A model generated the notes under the pieces. The model had not been told where the DNA came from, searched no databases, and saw nothing but the letters and a program-made list of their open reading frames with translations. 64,000 nt of DNA. Origin: a virus. Taxonomy: Duplodnaviria; Caudoviricetes. The stretch lies in the IMG/VR virus record IMGVR_UViG_3300021387_003827, positions 32,001-96,000 of that record. One strand, 5' to 3'. The first letter of the stretch is position 1, and each line of letters begins with the position of its first letter. The translations under genes and the position numbers were made by a program. Positions 8,815-17,794 of the stretch are shown in pieces.

Positions 8815-9448
8815 TATGGAAAAAAGAATTAAATTATTTTCTCGTCCTGAAGAAAGAAAGATTAAATTATTCTCGGCCGATAGTGAAGAGCTTGGATTTC
8901 AGAGGGTATTTTCTGAAACAACTGACCCTCTTGAACTTAAGCTCAAAGAATTTTCCGGCCGTGAGCTAGATCTTTCAGAGTATGAAAAGGAATTCAGCGA
9001 TTATGACCTTATCGAGAAAGGTTATGCTGAAAAATCTGAAAACTCTGTTAAAATTACATCTTCTGCATTCCCCATGTCTCGCCTATTCTCTACAATTACT
9101 ATAACTATTGCAGATGATTTAGGCCTAGATAAGGATATAGTTTGTGGAAAATGTAATAAAGAAGAGGTTATTTCCGGACTACATGAAAGACTAAGCCCAG
9201 CTGCTATCATGATTTTAAAACAGGCTCATGGTATTCCAGTTGAAGAAGATCAGAATACTTGGATAAAGGATTCTGGTATTGAGAAAGATATTGATTTTGA
9301 ATTTAAAGAGGATGACTCTAAACCCCTCCCCGAATTCAAAAGATTTCTTGAAGAAAGATATAACGACGCACCATCCGATATTCTTGATATCCTCAAAAAT
9401 AAAGGTATCATAAGAGTTGATGGCGAAGTGGTAAAAATTATAAAGTAA
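8804..9448 (+). CDS. prohead core protein with six [KR]xFS sites
   Basis: KLFS x2, RVFS, KEFS x2, RLFS in the first ~96 aa; lies between protease and scaffold. Confidence 0.6.
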   Translation: MKNNMEKRIKLFSRPEERKIKLFSADSEELGFQRVFSETTDPLELKLKEFSGRELDLSEYEKEFSDYDLIEKGYAEKSENSVKITSSAFPMSRLFSTITITIADDLGLDKDIVCGKCNKEEVISGLHERLSPAAIMILKQAHGIPVEEDQNTWIKDSGIEKDIDFEFKEDDSKPLPEFKRFLEERYNDAPSDILDILKNKGIIRVDGEVVKIIK

Positions 9449-9463
9449 ACTTATTATTAAATT

Positions 9464-11611
9464 ATGGTAACTAGACTTATGTCACGACTCTTCTCTGCCA
9501 CCGAGGAAAGAGATTCTGAACTTACCGAGCAGGTTGGTAATGATATCGAGGCCGCAAAGAAAAATGGTGTTGTCGATACTGAAGAGTTAAAGTTTGAAGA
9601 CAAAGGTGATGGCAAGGTTGCTATTACCGACAAAGAAAATGGCGAGGTGACTATGGCAGAGCTGAACCAGGAAGGTCAATATGAGCTTTATCCTGCCGAG
9701 CAGTCTGAGCAGATCGAGGGCTTTATCCACCCGGAAGGGGATGGTGTAACTCCTGGTGCTCAAGTTGGCGCTCCGGATGAGCATGCTGAAGACCACATGA
9801 CTGGTGAAGATGTTATAGCCCCCAATAAAGAAGATGGTGGCCTGAATCCTGAAGCTGGCCACGAAGCGAGAGTTGACGATTCTCAGAAGCCCGCAGAGGA
9901 TGTATGCCCTGAGTGTGGCAAAAACCCTTGTGAATGCGAGAAGGATGAGAAAGAGAAGGAATTTAGTGTTTCTACTGACAATGCTGCTGTTCTTCGTATC
10001 TTCTCCGATCAAGAATTCTGTGAGAGAATCTTCTCTGAGGTTATCGCTACCGAAGAAACCGCTAAGGTTGGTGATCTGAAGGTTGAAAAAGTTGCTGACG
10101 AGGACAATGCCGTTATCGTTACTTCTGAATCCACTGGTGATCAGGCTAAGGTTGTGGTTAATGAAGATGATCTTGATGTGTCTGAATTAGACAGTAAGGA
10201 ATTCTCTGATGATGAGGACGAAGATGATGAATGCAAGAATTGTCATGACGACGCTGCCTATGCTCTTAGAGTTGTTGGTGTTGACACTGACAATCACGTT
10301 CTTATCGACTCTCCTGTGTATGACGAACAGGCCGCTAATGACCTTGTAAATCGTCTTAATGAACTTGGCATTGAAGGTGTTCAGGTATTTGGAAGTGATG
10401 AAGAGGCTCGTGAATATGCTGCAGAACTTCTTAATAGTCTCGGCGTAGAGTCCGATGATGACATTGATGAGCCCGAAGAGGCTACATTCTCAGACACTGA
10501 CGAATATACCCTTTATACTACCCAGTTCTCTACTAACCAGACCTATACGAATGAAGCCCAAACTAAGTTCTTCTCCGAGAAAGAAAACATGACTGACTAT
10601 ATGGTTCGTCTGTTCTCTGAGGAAGCTAGTGAGGAAGCTATTGAGTCTGCTGTTGCCCAGGGTATTCCGATTGCCACTGAAAATGAAACCATCGTTCCTA
10701 TCGATGAAGCCACTGCTGTCATTGAAGATAAGGAGAATGGTGAATATACCTTAGCTGTTGTTAACGAAGATCACATTGAGGTTAATCCTATCGATGAGGA
10801 TTCTGCTAAAGGTATGATAGAGGAAAAGGATACTCCTAAGCCCGAAGTTGAGGAGGAAAAGGACTTCTCCGAAATGTATTGCAACGAAGCTCAGACTAAA
10901 TTCTTCTCCCTTGGTGAGCCTATGACCCAGTATATGGTTCGCCTGTTCTCTGATGTTTCCGATCAGGAGGATATTGAGAAGGCTATCGAGTCTGGTGATA
11001 AGGTTGAGACTGAGACCGAAATCATCACTCCTATCGATGAGAAGACCGTCGTGGTTGAAGATAAGGAGAATGGTGAATTTACTAAGGCAGTTCTTGATGA
11101 GGAAGACATTGACGTTAATCCTATTTCAGAGGCTGAGGCTGCTGAACTTCTCCCCGCAGAGAGCGACGTAAAAGTCGAAGTAGAGGAAGAGAAGAAAGAG
11201 GATTCTGACGACAAGCACGAGGAAGAGAAGAAAGAAGACGACGATGAAAAGAAGGAGGATGAGAAGAAATTCTCCGACCCTATGTCTAAGTTCTTCGCTG
11301 AGGTCTCTGGTGTTGCTGTAGATGCTCCTAAGACTGTTGAATTTATTGTGGATGAGAATGGTAATCCCGTTCGTCCGGTTGTAGCTGAGGCTGATTCTGA
11401 AGAAGCTACTCCCGTTGAGGCAATTGAAGATAAGGCCCTTGCTGCTGTTCAGTCCATTCAGGCTGCTGCCGCTGAAGCCCAAGCTCAAATCCTTAACGCA
11501 AAATCTGCTCCTGTAGAGAATCAAGAAGATCTCCAGGAAGCTACATTCTCTCAGAAAGAGAGTAATTCCAATGACATCGTTGTTTCTTGGATTAAAGGAA
11601 ACATGAGATAA
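9464..11611 (+). CDS. acidic scaffolding/prohead core polyprotein with internal repeats
   Basis: Very D/E-rich; directly upstream of MCP; highly-expressed codon bias; 11 [KR]xFS sites; repeated DKENGE domain. Confidence 0.75.
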   Translation: MVTRLMSRLFSATEERDSELTEQVGNDIEAAKKNGVVDTEELKFEDKGDGKVAITDKENGEVTMAELNQEGQYELYPAEQSEQIEGFIHPEGDGVTPGAQVGAPDEHAEDHMTGEDVIAPNKEDGGLNPEAGHEARVDDSQKPAEDVCPECGKNPCECEKDEKEKEFSVSTDNAAVLRIFSDQEFCERIFSEVIATEETAKVGDLKVEKVADEDNAVIVTSESTGDQAKVVVNEDDLDVSELDSKEFSDDEDEDDECKNCHDDAAYALRVVGVDTDNHVLIDSPVYDEQAANDLVNRLNELGIEGVQVFGSDEEAREYAAELLNSLGVESDDDIDEPEEATFSDTDEYTLYTTQFSTNQTYTNEAQTKFFSEKENMTDYMVRLFSEEASEEAIESAVAQGIPIATENETIVPIDEATAVIEDKENGEYTLAVVNEDHIEVNPIDEDSAKGMIEEKDTPKPEVEEEKDFSEMYCNEAQTKFFSLGEPMTQYMVRLFSDVSDQEDIEKAIESGDKVETETEIITPIDEKTVVVEDKENGEFTKAVLDEEDIDVNPISEAEAAELLPAESDVKVEVEEEKKEDSDDKHEEEKKEDDDEKKEDEKKFSDPMSKFFAEVSGVAVDAPKTVEFIVDENGNPVRPVVAEADSEEATPVEAIEDKALAAVQSIQAAAAEAQAQILNAKSAPVENQEDLQEATFSQKESNSNDIVVSWIKGNMR

Positions 11612-11636
11612 TTTAATAAAATATTTTATTATAGTA

Positions 11637-13082
11637 ATGAATAATTATAAGACTTATATGGAGCGTCCTGAAATGATGGAGGCTCTTATCAACAGCTCTG
11701 TTTCTGTTGATGATGCTAAAATTCGTTCTAACGAATATGCCAAGATGTTCTCTCGTAACGACGAGCTGAAAGACTTCTTCGGCCTTAGCAACTCTTCTAA
11801 TCTTCTGCAGAAGACCTTCTCTGGTTATGCAGAGACCCCTCTCATGAGCACTCAGTATTTCAATGCTTCTGTTGCTTCTTATGTTAGCTCCTTCGCTGGC
11901 TTTATGTCCATTGAAAGAGATTTCGATCAGCCTAACGGTCTGTTCTACTGGTTCGACGTTCTCGGTGTTACCGATATGCGTTCCGTTATTCCTAACCTCG
12001 GTCCGGATAACTACCAGGATATCAACACCATGGGTGGCTTCAAGTTCGATGTGAATGTTACCGCTTCTGCTTCCTTCTCTGCTCTTGTAGGTAGAAAGCT
12101 TATCCCTGGTACCGTTCGCGTGAAAGTGAAGACCGCTACTGACTCCTTCGAGCTTATCGATAACGGTCAGGGCGCTTTCATGGCTGTGTCTGGTAAGATC
12201 ACTGCTGGTACCCTGAATTATCTGGGTGGTCGTATCGAGTTCACCCTCGCTACTGCCCTCACCGGTGATGCCACCAAGGAATCCATCGTGATTGTTGGTA
12301 AGGAAGATGTTACTGGTACTCCTTCTAATACTAATGGTGCTTCTAATGCCCATGCTAACGATAAGAGATTCATTGCTAAGATGCAGCAGATTGGTCTCAG
12401 CACTGTTCCTGACATGCTGGTGGCTGAATACAATATCGCTGCTCTCGGTGCCATGAAGAAGGCCACTGGTTCTGATATGGCTACCTTCCTGTTCACCAAG
12501 CTGCGTGAGCTCTATACCAAGGCTATCAACTATAAGCTCGTTTCCACTCTTGAAGAGGGTTACGAAGGCGACGTTCTTGTCGATCTCGATCTGTCACAGA
12601 CCGCTATGACTGGTCAGTTCTATGACTATCAGTCCCGCATCAACCTCTTTGATGCTTATCTTGTGAACGTTGAAACCGCTCTGGCTTCTAAGGCTATCAA
12701 GGCTGTCTCCACCACTGCTTATGTGGCTGGTGTAAACGCTTGTAACCAGTTCACCAAGGGTCGTGGTATTGGTAAGTTCGAGAAGAACACCAAGATGACC
12801 TACATCAACGACCTCGCTGGTTGGTATGACGGCGTGCCCGTGCTCCGTTCCAACGATATCGCTGAGGAAAATGGTCATGGTGTATTCTATGCTATCCACA
12901 AGACCGCTGATGGTCAGATGGCTCCTCTTGCCCGTGGTATTTATATGCCTCTGACCGATACTCCTACCGTCGGTAACTACAACAACCCGACCCAGATGGC
13001 TTCTGGTATCTACTACCAGGAGGGTACCAAGTATCTTGCCCCTGAGCTCGTACAGAAGGTTGACTTCAAGCTCGGTCTCTAA
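11637..13082 (+). CDS. major capsid protein (T4 gp23-like, HK97 fold)
   Basis: 481 aa; strongest C-ending codon bias in the window; GIYMPLT...NPTQMASGI resembles the gp23 C-terminal YAPYVPL...P..F segment; followed by a terminator. Confidence 0.85.
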   Translation: MNNYKTYMERPEMMEALINSSVSVDDAKIRSNEYAKMFSRNDELKDFFGLSNSSNLLQKTFSGYAETPLMSTQYFNASVASYVSSFAGFMSIERDFDQPNGLFYWFDVLGVTDMRSVIPNLGPDNYQDINTMGGFKFDVNVTASASFSALVGRKLIPGTVRVKVKTATDSFELIDNGQGAFMAVSGKITAGTLNYLGGRIEFTLATALTGDATKESIVIVGKEDVTGTPSNTNGASNAHANDKRFIAKMQQIGLSTVPDMLVAEYNIAALGAMKKATGSDMATFLFTKLRELYTKAINYKLVSTLEEGYEGDVLVDLDLSQTAMTGQFYDYQSRINLFDAYLVNVETALASKAIKAVSTTAYVAGVNACNQFTKGRGIGKFEKNTKMTYINDLAGWYDGVPVLRSNDIAEENGHGVFYAIHKTADGQMAPLARGIYMPLTDTPTVGNYNNPTQMASGIYYQEGTKYLAPELVQKVDFKLGL

Positions 13083-13129
13083 AATTCTTGGGAAATAACT
13101 TCCCCTTAAGATAGAAGAATTTAAATCTT

Positions 13130-13183
13130 TGGGAGAAGAATCTACTATTGTCTTTGACTTTGGTGGGTCCTTCTCCCATTTTT
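13130..13183 (+). terminator. terminator after MCP
   Basis: tgggagaag...cttctccca long stem followed by a T tract. Confidence 0.7.
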
Positions 13184-13196
13184 ATTATAATATCTC

Positions 13197-13505
13197 ATGA
13201 CTACCTATAAGATAAAAAGATTTGGAATAACTATAACTCCCGGGGCCAAAGAGGTAGAAGCTGTTCCAGAAATGGTAACTCCTGCTCCAGCTCCCAATCT
13301 CCCTGCCGTAACTTCTCAAGCCCTAACCGGAACAGTAAGTAAGCCAGGCGCAGGTACAAAACCGGGAATGTTCCAAAATTTAGCTAATAGATGGAATAAC
13401 TTACCTACCGCAGGAAAAGTTGGTCTTGGTGCTGCCGCCGTTCTCGGTACTGGACTTGCTGTTCATGGATTAATGAAGAAAAAGAAGAAAAATAATGACC
13501 AATGA
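13197..13505 (+). CDS. small protein with KxFG leader and C-terminal Gly-zipper TM plus poly-Lys
   Basis: MTTYKIKRFG; KVGLGAAAVLGTGLAVHGLMKKKKK. Confidence 0.6.
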   Translation: MTTYKIKRFGITITPGAKEVEAVPEMVTPAPAPNLPAVTSQALTGTVSKPGAGTKPGMFQNLANRWNNLPTAGKVGLGAAAVLGTGLAVHGLMKKKKKNNDQ

Positions 13506-14574
13506 GATAATTTATAAAGGCTTAGAATTAAAGTCTCTTAAAGGATGTAAATATTTTAACGTAGTAGAGGGAACAACTACTTCTCTCGTTGAGGACACTA
13601 GGACATCAACATTGACCCTAACCTACATTCCAGGAAATACTTCTGAGTCTTTAGCAAATTTTCTCGGACTTAAGAGTTATGGGGACCCTAAAGAAATGAC
13701 CCCAACCGGAAAAGCGGTTAAATTCAAGGATGTTACTGTCTCACTTAATGGACTAGTCTTAAAGAAAATGACATATGATCCACACGTAATTCATATGGTT
13801 ATAGTACGAGACAGTGAATCAAGAGTTGTTCAGAACTATAATACTACAACATTAGTAATTTCTTCTGAAGACTATGAAAATGAGGATTTTATAAATTTCC
13901 TATTTTATTCAGGAAATCTTATATATCTCAAGGCAATAGGGAAAAAGCCTAAATGCTATAAGATAAGAAATTTTCCAAAAATCTTAGTCAAAGATAGTAA
14001 TCTGACGCTAGAATCAGACTCTAAGGTATCATATGTCCTTAGAAGATCTTATGATGATTATGTAATACGGGCGATTGACTATCAAAATCAATTTGTTCTT
14101 GAACTTAGAAGAATACTTGATGAATATGGGATAGAATTTGTGCGTTGGAATAAAGAGGAAACATTAACTAATACCTCTTATATATCATATCAATTTAATC
14201 AAACCCCAACGAGAATTCATCATCCCAACCGAGGAGAAGAAGATCGTGTAATGCAACATAGATTACCGGTGGACTTTACTCTTCGAACTCCAGATATGGT
14301 CATGTTTTTTGATTTCAAGAATAAATATAACAACGTCGACCTACTTACTAATTTTTGTGAATTTAGAACTTCCGATAGATATGGTGAAAGATGGACAGCT
14401 GCAGTAAAGTGGCAACAGATCACGGAAGATTTTAATCACAACTATCAACAAGACGATAATGCCAACTTTTCTTATCAATGTCAATTTAGGGCAGAACTAT
14501 ACTTTTATGAAGTATTAGATGAGAGATATAAATTCTTAGAAGAAATTCAATTAGAGTTGGATAATAGTTTATAA
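13495..14574 (+). CDS. virion structural protein, possibly tail terminator/neck
   Basis: 359 aa, beta-rich C-terminus (DFTLRT...YQCQFRAELYFY); position after MCP; function by synteny only. Confidence 0.45.
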   Translation: MTNEIIYKGLELKSLKGCKYFNVVEGTTTSLVEDTRTSTLTLTYIPGNTSESLANFLGLKSYGDPKEMTPTGKAVKFKDVTVSLNGLVLKKMTYDPHVIHMVIVRDSESRVVQNYNTTTLVISSEDYENEDFINFLFYSGNLIYLKAIGKKPKCYKIRNFPKILVKDSNLTLESDSKVSYVLRRSYDDYVIRAIDYQNQFVLELRRILDEYGIEFVRWNKEETLTNTSYISYQFNQTPTRIHHPNRGEEDRVMQHRLPVDFTLRTPDMVMFFDFKNKYNNVDLLTNFCEFRTSDRYGERWTAAVKWQQITEDFNHNYQQDDNANFSYQCQFRAELYFYEVLDERYKFLEEIQLELDNSL

Positions 14575-14575
14575 T

Positions 14576-14953
14576 ATGATAGAATTTAAGAAGAAAAAAT
14601 CTCTCGAACAGGATCTTATGCCAGATGCCATAAAGATGTTGAGAGATAGAAAAGTTTCATTTAATATAATAACTCCTGAAGAGGCTGACAAAGTATCCAA
14701 AGTAAACTCGAAGGCAATGGTTCTTATGTATTGCAAAAAGACAGAGGATGGATACTATCAAATACAGGTCAAAGATAAGGAGTTTTACGCTTATACAAGA
14801 AAGCTATTAAAAGATATTTTCAGAATGCGGCTTGTAAATGAAGATAAAAAAGAAAGAACGTTTACTGCCGAATGTGATCATAAAGGTCTTCTTGATGATT
14901 ATCTGGAAATTCTTGGATTAAAGTATGATTTATCCTTAGTCAAAAATGATTGA
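14576..14953 (+). CDS. putative internal head protein (leader MIEFKKKKS)
   Basis: Shares the MIEFK leader with 14946, 22351 and 22955. Confidence 0.55.
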   Translation: MIEFKKKKSLEQDLMPDAIKMLRDRKVSFNIITPEEADKVSKVNSKAMVLMYCKKTEDGYYQIQVKDKEFYAYTRKLLKDIFRMRLVNEDKKERTFTAECDHKGLLDDYLEILGLKYDLSLVKND

Positions 14954-15518
14954 ATTTAAGGAAAAACGCTTCTCTGAGTATGATGCTATGAGAAGCCTAT
15001 ATGTAGAATTGATGAAGTATGGTGATAGAAATAAATATAAAGTCATAGATCAATCACAACTTATTCCAATCCTAAAAGGAAATAATGTTGTTATTGAAAG
15101 ATTTGTCATATCTACTTCATTTCTACATAAAGATAAGTATAGAATGTACCTTAAGATAGGTGCTAAAGCTAAGATGCCGGATGATGTTCGCTTACCACAA
15201 CATGTCTATGATAAGAAACTTCTTGATGCTCAGATTAATATAACTCCTGCAATAAATGGAGAGAAGAAAGAGGAGAAGAAGTTTGCCTTTATCCAGAAAG
15301 AATTCGGAAAGGGTGGCGGCGGAAAGCCAACTATAAGCGGAAATTTATCATTCGGTGGAAATATAACCTACGACGTTAAGGAGCTCCTAGGGGATGCTGT
15401 AAAGTATGATAAAGAGGGCAGATCTCTAGTCCTTGAATTTAACTCTATACAGGATGCTATACGAGCGCTTAATATCCTTCCGTTCGGTTTGAATTATAAC
15501 ATTTATCTTCTGAATTAA
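14946..15518 (+). CDS. putative internal head protein with KxFS leader
   Basis: MIEFKEKRFS; internal KKFA and KEFG. Confidence 0.6.
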   Translation: MIEFKEKRFSEYDAMRSLYVELMKYGDRNKYKVIDQSQLIPILKGNNVVIERFVISTSFLHKDKYRMYLKIGAKAKMPDDVRLPQHVYDKKLLDAQINITPAINGEKKEEKKFAFIQKEFGKGGGGKPTISGNLSFGGNITYDVKELLGDAVKYDKEGRSLVLEFNSIQDAIRALNILPFGLNYNIYLLN

Positions 15519-15519
15519 C

Positions 15520-15729
15520 ATGATACTTAAGAGATTTTCATCTACCAAGATTTTAAATACTAATGCTCCCGGATTTATCAGAGGTAGAAAATATGACACT
15601 GACATGGATAGACTTGGAAGATTGGAAACCTCTGGTCAATTATCCAATGGTTTAGGAGAATTAGAGAAAGAAAAACGGAAGATGAAAGATGAATTAAATA
15701 AAGGAAGCTTATGGCAACGTACAGATTAA
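15520..15729 (+). CDS. small protein with KxFS leader
   Basis: MILKRFS; KYDTDMDRLGRL resembles KYDETDNLKRM of 17366. Confidence 0.55.
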   Translation: MILKRFSSTKILNTNAPGFIRGRKYDTDMDRLGRLETSGQLSNGLGELEKEKRKMKDELNKGSLWQRTD

Positions 15730-16064
15730 AGAGAAAATATTTTGGTACAGTCGGCGAAATAGGAAATGCTGCAGCCAATATAGTTGGTGGTACCGTCAAT
15801 GCTGCCAAAAATACCGCCGGAGCTGTCCTTGAAGGAACCGGTGGAGCAGTAAAGACAGTTAGTGGTCTTGCTGAACCTGTAGGTGCAGTTGGAGGTGGTG
15901 CTCTCGGTGCTGGACTTGGCCTTATTGGTGGTCCAGTTGGATCTCTTATTGGCGGAACTATCGGGTCAATGGTAGGAGGCGGAGCTGGAAAACTTGTGAA
16001 GACTACAGGAAAGGCAGTTGGGGAAGGACTCCAGACCGCCGGACAAGGAATGCAAGGTTATTAA
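15711..16064 (+). CDS. glycine-zipper membrane protein with KxFG leader
   Basis: MATYRLKRKYFG; GAVGGGALGAGLGLIGGPVGSLIGGTIGSMVGGGAG (GxxxG arrays). Confidence 0.7.
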   Translation: MATYRLKRKYFGTVGEIGNAAANIVGGTVNAAKNTAGAVLEGTGGAVKTVSGLAEPVGAVGGGALGAGLGLIGGPVGSLIGGTIGSMVGGGAGKLVKTTGKAVGEGLQTAGQGMQGY

Positions 16065-16068
16065 AGCT

Positions 16069-17364
16069 ATGATAAAGTTTGTACAAAAAGAATATGTTCT
16101 TCCTGCTCTTGGCGCTATGGCTTCAAGATTTCTAGCAACTCAAGGCGGTCAGTTGGTTGCTTCTGGGGTTGCTTCAGCTGCACCAATGGCCGGAGTAAGT
16201 GGCATTCTTGGTGCACAAGCAAATAAAACCGCAAAAGAACAGGGTCAAGAGATGATGGAGATGCAAAAGAGACAGATGGCAGAACAAAGAAAGATGTTGC
16301 AAAAACAGCTTGAAATTCAACAGCAGGCCGTCAATAAGGGTGTGTCTCCAACAGCTGAAATTAAGACTTTTGCTATAAATCCACAGACTCTAAAGAATAT
16401 TAAGGGTGCCGTTAAAGGGATTATTGATGTATCTCACTCAAATGGAAGAAATCTGACCAAGTCTGTAGTTCACGGATTAACCATGGGTGCAGGTATGGCA
16501 GGAGCTGGATACATCGCTAATAAGGCCATTGAAAAAGACGCCAAGAAGTCTGGGATTATATCTGATACTCCTGAAAGTGAAGAATCTAAGAAAAAGAGAA
16601 AGTCCAACTTAATAAAAGGTGCTGCTATTCTTGGAACTACGGCAGCCGCTCTTTATGGTGCAAGGAAAGGAAAACTTGGTGGTACTCTTCAAAATATGGT
16701 TTCTAAAGAAAACGTTGGAAAGCTTGGAGAATATGCAAAAGAGTCCGCCAAAGATGTTTTCAGCCCGATAAAGAAAGATGCTAAAACAGGAAAGAAATCC
16801 CTTAATGGTTCTGCGGCATTTACCTATGGAGTTGGTGCTGTTATGCCTGTAGTCGAATATAAAGCAAAAAAGAAGCAGATAGAAGAACAGGCTGAGAAGA
16901 CCTATGCAATTCCAGCAGGACTTGGAAAAGCTGCCCTAAAGAGGGTTGGTGTAGCGGCTGCAAAATATAAAGACCCACTGATTAAAGGAACTAAGTCTAT
17001 CGGACAATCAATTGGTAGATTCATTAAGGCCCCGATTACTAAAACTATGGATGGAATTAGTAAGTTATCCGGTGCTGGAATTAAAGAATCTAAAAGTTTT
17101 CTTAATGATGTCAAAGCCAAAGGGGTAAAGGAAAATAATCCAATACTCGAGAAATTAGGTGGACTAGGAAAACACCTCGATACCAATGAGAAAGGTAGAT
17201 TAAGTCTTAAAGGAAAGGCTCTTCTTGGTGGTGCCACTGTTGTAGGAAGTACAGTAATGTTTAAACCCTGGGAAATGGGTGAAAAGGCAGTAAAGAAAAC
17301 TCTTGAGACCGCTGATAAGAATGCATATGCTTATGAAAAGTCTCAGGAACAAGAAGTAAAATAA
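16069..17364 (+). CDS. basic amphipathic/Gly-Ala-rich putative polyprotein (likely start ATG 16069)
   Basis: MIKFVQKEYV leader; internal KTFA and KTYA; several hydrophobic Gly/Ala helices. Confidence 0.65.
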   Translation: MIKFVQKEYVLPALGAMASRFLATQGGQLVASGVASAAPMAGVSGILGAQANKTAKEQGQEMMEMQKRQMAEQRKMLQKQLEIQQQAVNKGVSPTAEIKTFAINPQTLKNIKGAVKGIIDVSHSNGRNLTKSVVHGLTMGAGMAGAGYIANKAIEKDAKKSGIISDTPESEESKKKRKSNLIKGAAILGTTAAALYGARKGKLGGTLQNMVSKENVGKLGEYAKESAKDVFSPIKKDAKTGKKSLNGSAAFTYGVGAVMPVVEYKAKKKQIEEQAEKTYAIPAGLGKAALKRVGVAAAKYKDPLIKGTKSIGQSIGRFIKAPITKTMDGISKLSGAGIKESKSFLNDVKAKGVKENNPILEKLGGLGKHLDTNEKGRLSLKGKALLGGATVVGSTVMFKPWEMGEKAVKKTLETADKNAYAYEKSQEQEVK

Positions 17365-17365
17365 T

Positions 17366-17788
17366 ATGGGAACTTTTAAGATAAAAAGAAAGTTTTTCTC
17401 TAAATATGACGAAACTGACAACCTGAAAAGAATGAAGGACTCCGACATTCTTGCTGAAAAGAAGAAAGAGTCTCCTTCTCTTATTCCTACTGCCAGAGCA
17501 GGTATTACTGGAGCTTTGGCTGGTGGTGCTGTTCTTGGAACTGCCGGGATGATAAAAGCAAAGAAAGCAGGTTCGTCCATATTAAAGGGAGGAAAGAAAG
17601 GAGCCATAGCTGGTGCCTTACTTGGAGCCGCTGCTCTCGGTGCTTCCGCACTTAAGAAACGCGAAAAAGAATCTGAGGATAATCATTTCTATAACAAGAG
17701 ATTAGAATATGCCCAGAAACAGGCGAAGAGGAGAGAGGCTAAGGACTGGAAAGAAAATATGACCCAAAGAGATGGGTATTCATATTAG
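17366..17788 (+). CDS. glycine-zipper membrane protein with KxFS leader
   Basis: MGTFKIKRKFFS; GITGALAGGAVLG and GAIAGALLGAAALG. Confidence 0.65.
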   Translation: MGTFKIKRKFFSKYDETDNLKRMKDSDILAEKKKESPSLIPTARAGITGALAGGAVLGTAGMIKAKKAGSSILKGGKKGAIAGALLGAAALGASALKKREKESEDNHFYNKRLEYAQKQAKRREAKDWKENMTQRDGYSY

Positions 17789-17794
17789 TAAACA

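Noticed and set aside
11613-12353. 246 aa minus-strand ORF opposite the MCP, and similar antisense ORFs at 9587, 11126, 18124, 33524 and elsewhere
   Set aside because: Shadow frames caused by strong sense-strand codon bias; no motifs, and fully overlapping well-supported genes.
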